Source: Patescibacteria group bacterium
Lineage (GTDB): Bacteria > Patescibacteriota > Microgenomatia > UBA8517
Assembly (NCBI GenBank): GCA_041742135.1
Contig: JBGSJG010000004.1
Location: 171,773-235,772, forward strand
Direction: 5' to 3'
Length of the DNA stretch: 64,000 nucleotides
A model generated the notes under the pieces. The model did not search any database and was not told the origin of the DNA. It saw nothing but the letters and a program-made list of their open reading frames with translations. Position numbers and translations under genes: made by a program. The number at the start of each line of letters is the position of its first letter. Positions within the stretch are counted from its first letter, which is position 1. This document shows, piece after piece, positions 28,579 to 38,861 of the stretch.

Positions 28579-31500
28579 TCATTCACTGAAATTGACACTC
28601 GCTCCACCGTTATATAGCTTTTTGACTTGTGCAGCAGACAGGGAATAGTTATAAATCCTAACTTCGTCTATTAGCCCAGCGAATAACTCCGTAGGGCTTG
28701 AACTCGCTCTAGCTCCAACAAGAGGAAGCTCTGCAGTTATGGCGCCACCATTTGCGGTGGTGTTAGCGCTAGTCGCTGCTGAAATGCCGTCGATGTAAAT
28801 TACCGAGCCAGATGCTGTGGAAAAAGTTGCCGTTATGTGGTGCCAGTCTCCATCGTTCACGGTACGTGTAGTCGCGATCCCCTCGATAATGTCACCAGAA
28901 GAATCAAAACGAATTAACCTAACTGTCCCCGCCGAATCAACTCTAAATTGCCACTGCCTCGAGGTGCCTGCAGAACCAGAGTCCTTGCCTACAACTTGCC
29001 CAATTGATTCGGAAGATGTTTTTACCCAGGCTGAAAAGGAGTAATCATTAGTTACTGCCAAACTGGCAGGTAGGGATACATAGTCATTTGTTCCATCAAA
29101 TTCGAGTGATGAGCTGAATTTTCCGTCTGAACCGTCTGCCCACATTTCTCCGGCCGCGCCAGCACAAGTTCCAACCGAATCATTAGTGCCTGATGTGTCT
29201 CCGGCTGTAATAGTTCCATTTAAGCCATTGCCGCTTGCGTCGTAAGCTGTGCTTCCTTGGCATTCATCAAGCCGCCAGTGGGCGATAGGCTCACCACGAT
29301 TGTAGTCATAAGCGATTTGAGAAGCTGTGCGAGCATAGTCGTATATTTTGAGATCATCGATTTGTCCATTAAAGTCACTAGCGCAAGAGACTCCACCTTT
29401 TTGGCCTAGGACGAGTTGAGGAGAGGTGAAATTGTAAGTTGAAGCGGCCGTGGTCCCTGTGGCCACAAGCTGGCCGTTTACCCAAAGTTGGGTACTATTT
29501 GCACCGACAAAAATCCCCGTAATGTGGTACCAAGTGTTTGCTTGCAGTCCAGTTGTGTATGTTGTGCGCTCTTGCGCGCCATCCCAGACGTAAAACGACA
29601 ATCTGCCAACATTGTCGATCATGAACCCTTTGTCTAGAGTGGTACTTGAATAACCGGTTTCAGTGAGCATTACTGGGCAGCTATATGAGCTACCGGGAAT
29701 CGCAGATAGCTTAATCCAGGTACTGAAAGTGATAGGAGAAGTTCCGGAAATATCAAGAGCACTTGCATCACCAGACTGAACATAGTCGCCAGAGGCATCA
29801 AAATTTAAGGCATTTCCTACTTTTCCTCTGGTCCATGTTGCATTTGTTATCGCGCCATCAATCGCATTACCGCTTCTGTCGCATACATCGTTTGCTCCGC
29901 CGGTGCATGTGTTGTCTTGCTTCTCGTCCATTGTCCAGTATGCAACTGGGGGGTTTCCGGCACCATCTGCAAGTTGGCTGGCCTCACTTGCAGCTGTAAC
30001 CCCAAAGTCTACTGAACTGCCTGCATTTAGGTCTTGGAAAACTTGGTCTTGCGACAGGGGAACATTGTACAGTCTGACATGATCGATTGACCCTTCGTGA
30101 TACCCCACACTTTCGACTCTGCCAATATCAAAATCGCTCGCACTAAGGCTTGTTTGAGTTGTTACTAAAACATGCGACCATACACCTGCGGCGATTGTAC
30201 TAGTTTGCTTGCCGTTTACGTAAATTGTCGGCGTGGTGAACCCTTGTGCTGTTACTGTCCCTGAATTTATCCAAACATACGCCGTGCCGTTTATGTCGAT
30301 CGGGTATTCGGTTGTTGTGGTTGGGTTAACCCAAAAGGAAACTGCATTGACAGTTGTAGGCCCAGTGCCTACGTCTACATAGTCGGCAGAACCATCGAAC
30401 AATAAACAACCTTGGATTTTGCAATCAGCCTTTGTTTTCCAAGTCGGGTCGTCAGTTGTTGCTGTCGCGTTTGCGCCCCGCGTACCGTTAAACGAAGATG
30501 TCAGTTTGCTTTCGTTATTGATAGTTTGCCCTTGCTGTTCATCAAGCGCATAAAACACAATTGGGTCAGGCAGAACATTTCCAGAAGCCAGAGAAGAAAA
30601 CCCAGCCATGTCTTGAAGAATTTGTTCGTTGGTTCTTGCGTAATTATAGATTCTGACATCGTCTATGGCGCCATCCATAGAATTGACGGTGCCTGAAATG
30701 TTCTCTCCGCCTATAATCAACTTGTCTTCACTTGATATATCATCAAACCAACTCGCGGTGGTGGAATCCCCAGTCACATATGTTAATGTAACTGGACTTC
30801 CATTAACAAAAAACGCGTTGCCTGTGCTGCTTACTCGAAAAGCAATGTGATTCCATGTTCCGTCGCTACTGGCGGCTCCCAAATCATACGAAGCCCTAAA
30901 CAGAGTTGACGTAGTTTTGAGTAGGATTTCCAGCGTATTGTTACTGCTAAACTGCATCCTGAATAAATGGTTAACTGTCCCGCTGTCTCCATAGTAGAAA
31001 AGTGGTTTGTTGATTCCGACTGCGGGTCGTTTAAACCATAGCTCAACCGTCCCACTACTGTTTGCTCCAATTACAGACGAGACATCCCCAAAATCAATAT
31101 GCTGGGTAGACCCACTGAAGTTAACTGCCGATCCATATTTACCCTGTACCCAAATTGGGGAATTGGTAAGAGTTCCAGTTATCCCACTACTTGAAGAATC
31201 CGCCACACTGGTCCCAGTTCCTTCTTCAAGTTTCCAATACCCAACAGGGCCTGGTGAAAGATTGTATAGATCTACCACTTCTCCCGGTGATAAATACCTC
31301 ATCCATGCTCGAGCTTCATCGATTGTTCCATCCATGTAGCTGGATGAAGCCCGTCCGATATAAAATTGGTTTGAGGTCGTGATGGCAGTCTCGCTTGTTA
31401 CTACTACATGCTGCCAGACATCTGCTGTGATGGTTTGGGTTTCAACGCCGTTTACATAATATTTGGGTAATGAAAAACCAGTCGCTGACAAGGTGCCTGA

Positions 31501-33540
31501 TGAGGAGCTTATGTATGTTGAGGCATTTAGGTTCATATAGTAGTTTGTATTACTATCAGGGTTTACCCAGAAAGCCACAGATTTTATTCCTGTCAAGGTT
31601 GATGCTGTTGAGAAATATTGATTCGAAGCGGGGACAAATTCTGCGGCATTTGCGTATTTTCCTCCAACGTATGTCGCAGTGCCGTTGTTTGTTAAGGTAA
31701 ATGGTAAGCTAGAAGAGTCAGCAGCGTTTCCGCTAGTTTCATCAAATTTCCAGTATCCAATTAATCCATTGGATAAATTACTGTTGCTTGCTCCGAGTAC
31801 GGCGGCGGCGCCGATTGCGTCTGCAAATACTTGACCGGCGCTTCTGGCGTATGGATATATTTTGACTTCGTCAATCACGCCATCAAAGTAAATAGTGCCT
31901 GAGTTGTTAATACTTCTTCCAATTGTTAGGCTTGAGTTATCGTAGGTTATTGCGTTGGAGTATACTGTAGTCGTCACCTCCGCACCGTTAATATAAAGAC
32001 GATATGTGGTGCCATCATATGTACCCTCAAGGTGGTACCAACTACCAGAGAGTAGCGATGTAGCATATGTCGCTCCTCGCCAAGCTGTGCTTTCAGCTGT
32101 CCAAAAAGCTACACTCCCGCCCGAATATCCAAGATAATAACCCTTCCCTGTGATGTTGGAGTTATTATTGTTTTTTATGACAAAGCCTTTCATGGTTGAT
32201 GCTCCAGACAAAGTGGAGCCGGGCTTTATCCAAGCGCTTACGGATAAATTCTGCGGCTCTAGTGTGTCGGAATCAGTAACGCTGATATAGTCTGCAGTCC
32301 CATCAAAATCCAAACATTTACCGCTTTTGCACAAATCACCATCGCGCCAAAGTGGGGTACCTGTTTCAACCCCTTCATTCTTGTTGTCGCTGCTATCGCA
32401 TACGTCACCCCCGGACGGGCAGGTATTAAATGCGCCCTCATCAAATTTCCATTCTCCGATTGGTCCTGGCGTAGTTTCTTCCGAAGCTACAGCAGCACTG
32501 GGTTCAGTAGCGCTGTACTTTCTAACCTTTGCCCATTCAACATCTCGTGAACCTGAAGCGCTTTGTGCAATTCCTAAATACATGTATAGCGAGCCTATGG
32601 TGTTTGTGCTATCGGTGCCCGAAACACTTGCAGAATAGTTAATAAATGTTTTCTGATTTCCTGTTGCCACCCAAGAGATGCCCCAAACCGAGCTGCTGGG
32701 GTAAGAAATTGCTGAGCTTGATACAACCGCACCTGTGGCTGCCGTGTCCAAAACAAGTCTGAAAAGGGCAGAGCAACAAAAGTGATCTATTGAGTAATTT
32801 GGGTAATAGTTTTCGTTTGCTTTTTGTGTAGTGGCGGTACTTTGCCCCATTCTAATAACCGTATTGCCGGTAGTTGCTGAACCAGTTCTTGCCTCAAGTA
32901 AAACTGGGTTGGTGAATGTTTGTCTCGAGTATAGCCAGTAGCTGTGATCATTCGCTCCAGACGTAAATGTTACTTTACCACCGCTAACTGCAGCTGAACC
33001 GCCTCCGTCTTGAACACCCCATTTGGCAGTGTCAATTGCCGTACCACTAAAGGTGTCAAAAAGCATGAAAGTTTCTTCCGGGTTTTGACCATTTGTTGCT
33101 GAAGGATTGCCATAATATACATACACAGTTGCACCGGTTGTTGGGATAGAAGGGATTTTGACCCAAATATTAGTATCAGTCTCGTTGCACATAAAGTCTC
33201 CTTCTTCAATCCAGAAGGGGAGAGTCTTGCCGTTTGCATCAGTTACTCGTACGTCGTCACAATCGGATTGCATTTTTCCTGCAGTAACCAAGGCGTTTGT
33301 GTCCATAACGATCTTTGTTTGAAAGTCGCTCAAGGCACCGCCGCTTGCGTTTGCTACATCAATACGTTTGCGATAAGCATACCCCGGATCGAACCATCCG
33401 GCTTCTGAAGATGATGGTTTAAAGAGCGAAACAGCAACTATAGGTAATAAAATCACCAACAAGCCTAGGGCGATATAAGTGCGCAACTTTATCTTTTTGG
33501 GTAATTTAATTGCTCTTAAGCGTGGGTGAATATTTGTCAT
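28579..33540 (-). CDS. large surface protein, DUF2341 plus about 6 LamG/concanavalin-A-like domains
   Basis: N-terminal TM, WFDPGYAYRKRI, repeated G(Y/E)WKFDE...IDEV.IY units. Confidence 0.88.
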   Translation of the reverse strand: MTNIHPRLRAIKLPKKIKLRTYIALGLLVILLPIVAVSLFKPSSSEAGWFDPGYAYRKRIDVANASGGALSDFQTKIVMDTNALVTAGKMQSDCDDVRVTDANGKTLPFWIEEGDFMCNETDTNIWVKIPSIPTTGATVYVYYGNPSATNGQNPEETFMLFDTFSGTAIDTAKWGVQDGGGSAAVSGGKVTFTSGANDHSYWLYSRQTFTNPVLLEARTGSATTGNTVIRMGQSTATTQKANENYYPNYSIDHFCCSALFRLVLDTAATGAVVSSSAISYPSSSVWGISWVATGNQKTFINYSASVSGTDSTNTIGSLYMYLGIAQSASGSRDVEWAKVRKYSATEPSAAVASEETTPGPIGEWKFDEGAFNTCPSGGDVCDSSDNKNEGVETGTPLWRDGDLCKSGKCLDFDGTADYISVTDSDTLEPQNLSVSAWIKPGSTLSGASTMKGFVIKNNNNSNITGKGYYLGYSGGSVAFWTAESTAWRGATYATSLLSGSWYHLEGTYDGTTYRLYINGAEVTTTVYSNAITYDNSSLTIGRSINNSGTIYFDGVIDEVKIYPYARSAGQVFADAIGAAAVLGASNSNLSNGLIGYWKFDETSGNAADSSSLPFTLTNNGTATYVGGKYANAAEFVPASNQYFSTASTLTGIKSVAFWVNPDSNTNYYMNLNASTYISSSSGTLSATGFSLPKYYVNGVETQTITADVWQHVVVTSETAITTSNQFYIGRASSSYMDGTIDEARAWMRYLSPGEVVDLYNLSPGPVGYWKLEEGTGTSVADSSSSGITGTLTNSPIWVQGKYGSAVNFSGSTQHIDFGDVSSVIGANSSGTVELWFKRPAVGINKPLFYYGDSGTVNHLFRMQFSSNNTLEILLKTTSTLFRASYDLGAASSDGTWNHIAFRVSSTGNAFFVNGSPVTLTYVTGDSTTASWFDDISSEDKLIIGGENISGTVNSMDGAIDDVRIYNYARTNEQILQDMAGFSSLASGNVLPDPIVFYALDEQQGQTINNESKLTSSFNGTRGANATATTDDPTWKTKADCKIQGCLLFDGSADYVDVGTGPTTVNAVSFWVNPTTTTEYPIDINGTAYVWINSGTVTAQGFTTPTIYVNGKQTSTIAAGVWSHVLVTTQTSLSASDFDIGRVESVGYHEGSIDHVRLYNVPLSQDQVFQDLNAGSSVDFGVTAASEASQLADGAGNPPVAYWTMDEKQDNTCTGGANDVCDRSGNAIDGAITNATWTRGKVGNALNFDASGDYVQSGDASALDISGTSPITFSTWIKLSAIPGSSYSCPVMLTETGYSSTTLDKGFMIDNVGRLSFYVWDGAQERTTYTTGLQANTWYHITGIFVGANSTQLWVNGQLVATGTTAASTYNFTSPQLVLGQKGGVSCASDFNGQIDDLKIYDYARTASQIAYDYNRGEPIAHWRLDECQGSTAYDASGNGLNGTITAGDTSGTNDSVGTCAGAAGEMWADGSDGKFSSSLEFDGTNDYVSLPASLAVTNDYSFSAWVKTSSESIGQVVGKDSGSAGTSRQWQFRVDSAGTVRLIRFDSSGDIIEGIATTRTVNDGDWHHITATFSTASGSVIYIDGISAATSANTTANGGAITAELPLVGARASSSPTELFAGLIDEVRIYNYSLSAAQVKKLYNGGASVNFSE

Positions 33541-33560
33541 GGAAATTTAATTTTATAATA

Positions 33561-36500
33561 TTAAGGCGTTCCACTAACAGGCCCGAAACGGCCGCCTGAG
33601 TTCTCGTTTACCAGCTTTTGAATCTGAGAGGAGGATAGAGCGTATTTATAGACCCGCACATCATCAATCTTGCCCGTAAAAAATTGACTACTAGAACCAA
33701 AGGCGCCAATCGTCGAGCTCAGAGTGTTTTCAGAAATTGTACCCGTAGCAGGCTCCGAACCATCAAGCTTACCATTAAGATAAAGTTTGACAGTAGTACC
33801 GTCATAAGTTGCAGCAATGTGATGCCACTGGTTGTTTGAAATTGTGGTTGAACTCGTGGTTGAGTCTGATGTTAAATCTGAAGATCTAAAACGAATTTTT
33901 CTGTCAAATACTCCTAAATAAAACCCCGATGTGTCTTTGTAGAAGACAACATCCAAGTCGCTTGAAGGCAAGGAAGTGCCATAAATCCAGGCAGATACTG
34001 TAAGTTGATAAAAATCTCTTAACAAAGACTGGTTGCCTAGGTTTATATAGTCGTTTGTACCATCAAACTCTATGGATGAGTTGTATTTTCCGCTCGCGCC
34101 ATCTGCCCGCATTTCTCCAGCACTCCCAGCACAAGTCCCAACGCTGTCGTTAGACCCTGTTGCGTCTCCGGGTTCGATTGTACCGGTCATCGCGTTTCCA
34201 CTCGAGTCGTAAACAGTTGTCCCTGTACACTCATCCATCTTCCACCAGCCTACTGGGTCACCGCGATTGTAGTCGTATGCAACTTGTGCTGGGGTGCGGG
34301 CATAATTGTAAATAATTACTTCATCGATAGCTCCATCAAATTTTTCACTGGGCGCGGTAGAAGGTGGCATAGAGCCTATCACAAAAGGAAGTGTGTTGTC
34401 GCTCATCAATTGAGTCACTGTGCCTTGATTTGAAATCATACCGTTTACGTAAATCCGTTCTGTGGTGCCATCCCTAGTGTAAACAATGTGGCTCCAGGTG
34501 TTTGCAGCGATATTTGCGGTAGAAGTAGCAAAGCTTTGCCAGCCGCTTCCGTTGAGATAGCTGACATAAATTTCGTCTTGGTCTAAGACTAGGCTATAGG
34601 CACGAGCTGACCAGTCGCCCGTGCTTCCTTTGTGTAGAAAAAGTTGATCGTCGATGGATACTGAATCTGGTTTGATCCAAGCTTCAAGGGTCATGTTGTC
34701 GCCAAGGCTGAGTACACTATTGTGGTTTACAGACACGTAGTCATTACTTCCATCAAAGCGAATGGCAGAGCCGTATTTGCCTAAATCCCAAGTTGGGCCG
34801 TTGGTCATGATCAGGTCGTTGCTGTTTTCCGAAGTGTCACAAGCGTCGTTACTGCCACCACTGCAAGTGTAGTTTTTGTTTTCGTCGAAACTCCATTTGC
34901 CAACTGGTGGATTGCCGGCACCATCGACAACTTGTGTGCTTTCACCCAATGCAGTAGAGCCAAAACTGGAAACAGAATTGGCATTCATATCTATCAATAT
35001 TTGGGGCGCAGTTAAATCATCCGAATAAATTTTGACATCATCTATAAAACCTGTGAAGCCGGTATTCGTCGCTTGGCTGTCATCGCTGTCGTAATCGCCG
35101 ACGGTAAAGTCAGCAGTAGTCCCGCCTTCAATCCCCAAGAAAGATCCGTTGGCTGTGTTTGATGCTACATGGTTTCCGTTTACATAAAGTTTCAGATCCC
35201 CAGCAGCTCCAGCTGCGCCTCCATTAAAAGTGAACGCAACATGATACCAAGTGTTTACTGCCGCGGTATTGTCGCTTGCTACAGCGGAGATCACTTGGTT
35301 GGCCGACTCGTCGTAGATTTCAATTCCAAAATGAGACGATGTGGAGTCGCCATCCATAAACATTCTGTAAGCCCGCTGGTCCGTGGATCCATCGTGTTCC
35401 CATTTTGCGATTATGGCGTCTTGGTCGCCCGAGGCGGGGAGAGTTGTTGAGTAAACCCAAGCACTGCCGCTAAATGCTTCACCTGCGTCAAAATCGACGT
35501 TGCTATCGGAAGCTGTAGCAATAGTTACTACGTCTCCAGTTCCGTCAAATTGCAAACAGCCGTTAATTTTGCAGTTTGCTTTCGATTTCCATAGTGCGTT
35601 AGCGACTGTACCATCAGTGCCCAAGTCGACATCGTTGTAAGCGGTTGCGCCTTGAGCCTCGTCAAATTTCCAAAAGATCGTCTGTGAGCCGATTGGTGAG
35701 CCTCCCAGAGGATGCCCGCCGTTCATGTCTTCGATGATTTGCCCATTTGTCCGTGGATAGTTATAAACCCTTACGTCATCGATGTAACCATTGAATGCTT
35801 GGGTCGGCGCATCGCTTCTGGCGGCTCCAATCGTTGTCCACTCATCTAGAAGCGGAGTAACCCAAGCAGTCCAAGCTCCATCGTTGTTAAAAATCTGCTC
35901 TCCGTTTATGTATGCAATCACATGTCCGTTTGGATTATCCCAAGTCAAAGCAACATGAAACCAATCCGTTTCAGCAGTGGAGTAATCATAGGCAACTATG
36001 TCAGAAGAATTGGTTCTAAAATAAAAACGTAAATCGTTACTAACCGAACTTTTAGCTATTTCAAATCGATCGACGTTACTGGGAACGAAGTGGAATATCT
36101 GTCTGTAACTTCCATCTGTCCAAACGTTGGCGTTTCTAACCTTTATCCAAGCCGCCAGAGTGCCGCTGTTACCATTAAAATCGTCGCTAAAACCTGTGCT
36201 ATACATGTCAATAGCGTTATCGCTGCCGTCAAAAGTTAGTGCTCCACCATATTTTCCTTGAACCCAGTCGGTTGTAGCAAAATTTTCACCTGTACCAGAA
36301 TTATTGTTTCCAGAACTATCTACTATGGTTTCGGTTGTTGAAGTTTTATCTAAGCGGTAATAAGCAAATGGCCCTGGTGCCCAGTTGTAAAGCCTTTGAA
36401 TCTCTGATCCCGATAACGCACGGTTGTAAACTCTTGCTTCATCTATGTACCCGTCATAGTATCCCGTAGCACCTCCTGTTGAGTCTTCGGCTCCGATATG

Positions 36501-38861
36501 GAACACTCCTGCATCATCGCCGATGGAGGCGGGGATTGTGCCTGTGGTTGTGCTAGCTGTTTCAACGCCATTTATGTATATTCTGGCAGTTTGCGAGGTG
36601 GAATCATAAACTCCGGCAACATGATAATAAGTGGAAACCGCGAGGTTGGCGGCGGAGGTTTCTTGATAATTTCCAGCTGAATCAAGCTCAAGCCTTATTT
36701 CGTCACCATTTTGGAACAATCTATAGGACTCATTAGCTCCGTCCCACTTGGCGATTATGTTGTACGACCCCGCTGAGACCGTTTCAGGGCGGATCCAGGC
36801 TGCTAGGGTGAGGCTTCCTGTGATTGATAGGGCTGAGTTGTCAGCTGCTGACAAGTACTCCGTATCTCCAAGTTCAAAATCCGCGGCGTTGTGAAATTTC
36901 CCGACCGCTGCGACAACACTGTCTGTAGCAGATTCTGTAAGCGTCGTAGCGTTTCCGGACGTGTCTAGTCGATCGGCGTCCGTCGCCTCATCCATCTTCC
37001 AATAACCCATCAGGTTCTTACTTAAAAATGAATAAGGGTCTGTGCCGAAAGCTGCAGATGCTCCTTCTGGGCTTTCTGAAATCATGTCTGAAGCAATTTC
37101 ATTAGCGGTTCTCTCACCAGAATATACTTTGAATTCATCAATGAGTCCATGATAGTTAGCACCAGAGCTGCCACCAATGGAAAGCGGATTTATATCTGTT
37201 GTAATGGGAGTTCCTGAGCCGTTTATACTTGTTCCTAGGACGCGCCCGTTAATGTAAACCGTAACTTCATCATCACCGTCGTCGGTGTAGGTGTAGGCAA
37301 CATGAGACCATTCGCCAATTCGAAGTCCGTCGGTAACTGTGACAGTAGCATCATCAGTGGTCAGGTCTAGGCTGACTTCTAAGTCGACATATCCATCAGC
37401 ATTGTTTGTAGTTCGCATGTATGTATTGCCTTTAGAAAATATCTGCCCAACACTAGATTCGCCATCGGATAGGGGTTTCACCCAACCCATAAAGGTATGC
37501 GCACCTGCCAGATCGTCAGCAAAGCTAATGCCTACATGGCTGCCAGCGGTTACTACATCGTCTGCGCCATCAAAGGAGAGGCAAAAATAATACTTACACT
37601 GAGTTGGGTCTGTGTGTGTAGCTCCAGAGATGGCTCCATCTGATCCTTCACCACTCCCGTCGTGAGCTGTTGAGCCCGCCTCTTCATTAAAAGGAAAATA
37701 TAGCTCAATGGCGTTAGTGACAGGTGAGGGGGCGGACTCTTCAGCGGTAATTGAGTAAAACCCGCTGGGAGAATTTTGATTATTATACTCAGCTGTAAGC
37801 CAATCTGAATTTCGATAAATTGAAGCCACTCTTGGCTCATCAATTATTGCGTCAACATAACTATCATTTGAGCCGGCATTCCTGCCAATATTCCAGCTGT
37901 AGGTGTTTTCTCTTAAATTACCTGTCTTGGGAGTTGAAGTAACTTGCGAACCATTTACAAAAAGGCGAATATTTGTGCCGTCGTAAGTGACGGTTGCATG
38001 GTACCAAGTAGACGTGGTCCAATTTGAGTCACCAACGAGCGTGGTTGTCCCCGATCCATCATCAGTCCCGGTTTTGATCCTTGTGCGAATGTCGAAGGAG
38101 CCATTATCAGTATACCCAAGCATTATAACGTGTCCTTGTTCTGCGCTACTGGTAGATTTTGAGATCACCCTGCCATCTACGCCGCCAGGGAAAGCGTTAA
38201 ACTGTACCCAAAATTGTGTGGTCATCTGATCTCCCGAGACACTCCAAGTGCCGATATCAACATAATCACTTTCTGAATCTTCAAAATCTCTTGCTTGTCC
38301 TACTTTACCTGCAATGTCCGCTGTGCCGCTATCTGTTCCATCCCTGCTGTTTATGGTGGAGTCCAGCACATCCCCGGAAAAGTGGTAAACAGCCTCGTAA
38401 TCTGCCCAAAGCGTGTCTGGATCTTCGGTGTTGCTTGCTCCAGAGTTACCATAATACATATAAATCTCTGTATTGTTGGCTGCCGATAATGTGGGAACCA
38501 GCACCCATGCAACCAGTGTACCCGAGCCACTTGTGTAGGATTCAATTTCATGCGCAAGCTGAATTCCTGTTGAATCTGTAAAAATAATATCATCGCCGCT
38601 TGCTAGAGCGTTAGCTTGAAGGTCGGAATCAACCAAACTCACAAGGGCAGGAAAGTTAGCCATGTCTGTGCTTCCAGGAACTTGGGATTCGTTTATTGTT
38701 ATTGTTTTTCGGTAGCCCCAGTCATAACTGAGCCACACGGCGTTTGTGGGATCTGGCTTGTAAAGGCGCAAAGCGACGATAGGCAGTAAAACCAAAATGA
38801 GGCCTAAGCCAATCCAAGTTCTTAGTCTGATTTTTTGCAATATTTTTTTAAGTTTTATCAT
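33561..38861 (-). CDS. large surface protein, DUF2341 plus about 7 LamG domains
   Basis: N-terminal TM, WGYRKTITI, repeated LamG units; ATG overlaps the giant gene's stop (TGATG). Confidence 0.88.
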   Translation of the reverse strand: MIKLKKILQKIRLRTWIGLGLILVLLPIVALRLYKPDPTNAVWLSYDWGYRKTITINESQVPGSTDMANFPALVSLVDSDLQANALASGDDIIFTDSTGIQLAHEIESYTSGSGTLVAWVLVPTLSAANNTEIYMYYGNSGASNTEDPDTLWADYEAVYHFSGDVLDSTINSRDGTDSGTADIAGKVGQARDFEDSESDYVDIGTWSVSGDQMTTQFWVQFNAFPGGVDGRVISKSTSSAEQGHVIMLGYTDNGSFDIRTRIKTGTDDGSGTTTLVGDSNWTTSTWYHATVTYDGTNIRLFVNGSQVTSTPKTGNLRENTYSWNIGRNAGSNDSYVDAIIDEPRVASIYRNSDWLTAEYNNQNSPSGFYSITAEESAPSPVTNAIELYFPFNEEAGSTAHDGSGEGSDGAISGATHTDPTQCKYYFCLSFDGADDVVTAGSHVGISFADDLAGAHTFMGWVKPLSDGESSVGQIFSKGNTYMRTTNNADGYVDLEVSLDLTTDDATVTVTDGLRIGEWSHVAYTYTDDGDDEVTVYINGRVLGTSINGSGTPITTDINPLSIGGSSGANYHGLIDEFKVYSGERTANEIASDMISESPEGASAAFGTDPYSFLSKNLMGYWKMDEATDADRLDTSGNATTLTESATDSVVAAVGKFHNAADFELGDTEYLSAADNSALSITGSLTLAAWIRPETVSAGSYNIIAKWDGANESYRLFQNGDEIRLELDSAGNYQETSAANLAVSTYYHVAGVYDSTSQTARIYINGVETASTTTGTIPASIGDDAGVFHIGAEDSTGGATGYYDGYIDEARVYNRALSGSEIQRLYNWAPGPFAYYRLDKTSTTETIVDSSGNNNSGTGENFATTDWVQGKYGGALTFDGSDNAIDMYSTGFSDDFNGNSGTLAAWIKVRNANVWTDGSYRQIFHFVPSNVDRFEIAKSSVSNDLRFYFRTNSSDIVAYDYSTAETDWFHVALTWDNPNGHVIAYINGEQIFNNDGAWTAWVTPLLDEWTTIGAARSDAPTQAFNGYIDDVRVYNYPRTNGQIIEDMNGGHPLGGSPIGSQTIFWKFDEAQGATAYNDVDLGTDGTVANALWKSKANCKINGCLQFDGTGDVVTIATASDSNVDFDAGEAFSGSAWVYSTTLPASGDQDAIIAKWEHDGSTDQRAYRMFMDGDSTSSHFGIEIYDESANQVISAVASDNTAAVNTWYHVAFTFNGGAAGAAGDLKLYVNGNHVASNTANGSFLGIEGGTTADFTVGDYDSDDSQATNTGFTGFIDDVKIYSDDLTAPQILIDMNANSVSSFGSTALGESTQVVDGAGNPPVGKWSFDENKNYTCSGGSNDACDTSENSNDLIMTNGPTWDLGKYGSAIRFDGSNDYVSVNHNSVLSLGDNMTLEAWIKPDSVSIDDQLFLHKGSTGDWSARAYSLVLDQDEIYVSYLNGSGWQSFATSTANIAANTWSHIVYTRDGTTERIYVNGMISNQGTVTQLMSDNTLPFVIGSMPPSTAPSEKFDGAIDEVIIYNYARTPAQVAYDYNRGDPVGWWKMDECTGTTVYDSSGNAMTGTIEPGDATGSNDSVGTCAGSAGEMRADGASGKYNSSIEFDGTNDYINLGNQSLLRDFYQLTVSAWIYGTSLPSSDLDVVFYKDTSGFYLGVFDRKIRFRSSDLTSDSTTSSTTISNNQWHHIAATYDGTTVKLYLNGKLDGSEPATGTISENTLSSTIGAFGSSSQFFTGKIDDVRVYKYALSSSQIQKLVNENSGGRFGPVSGTP

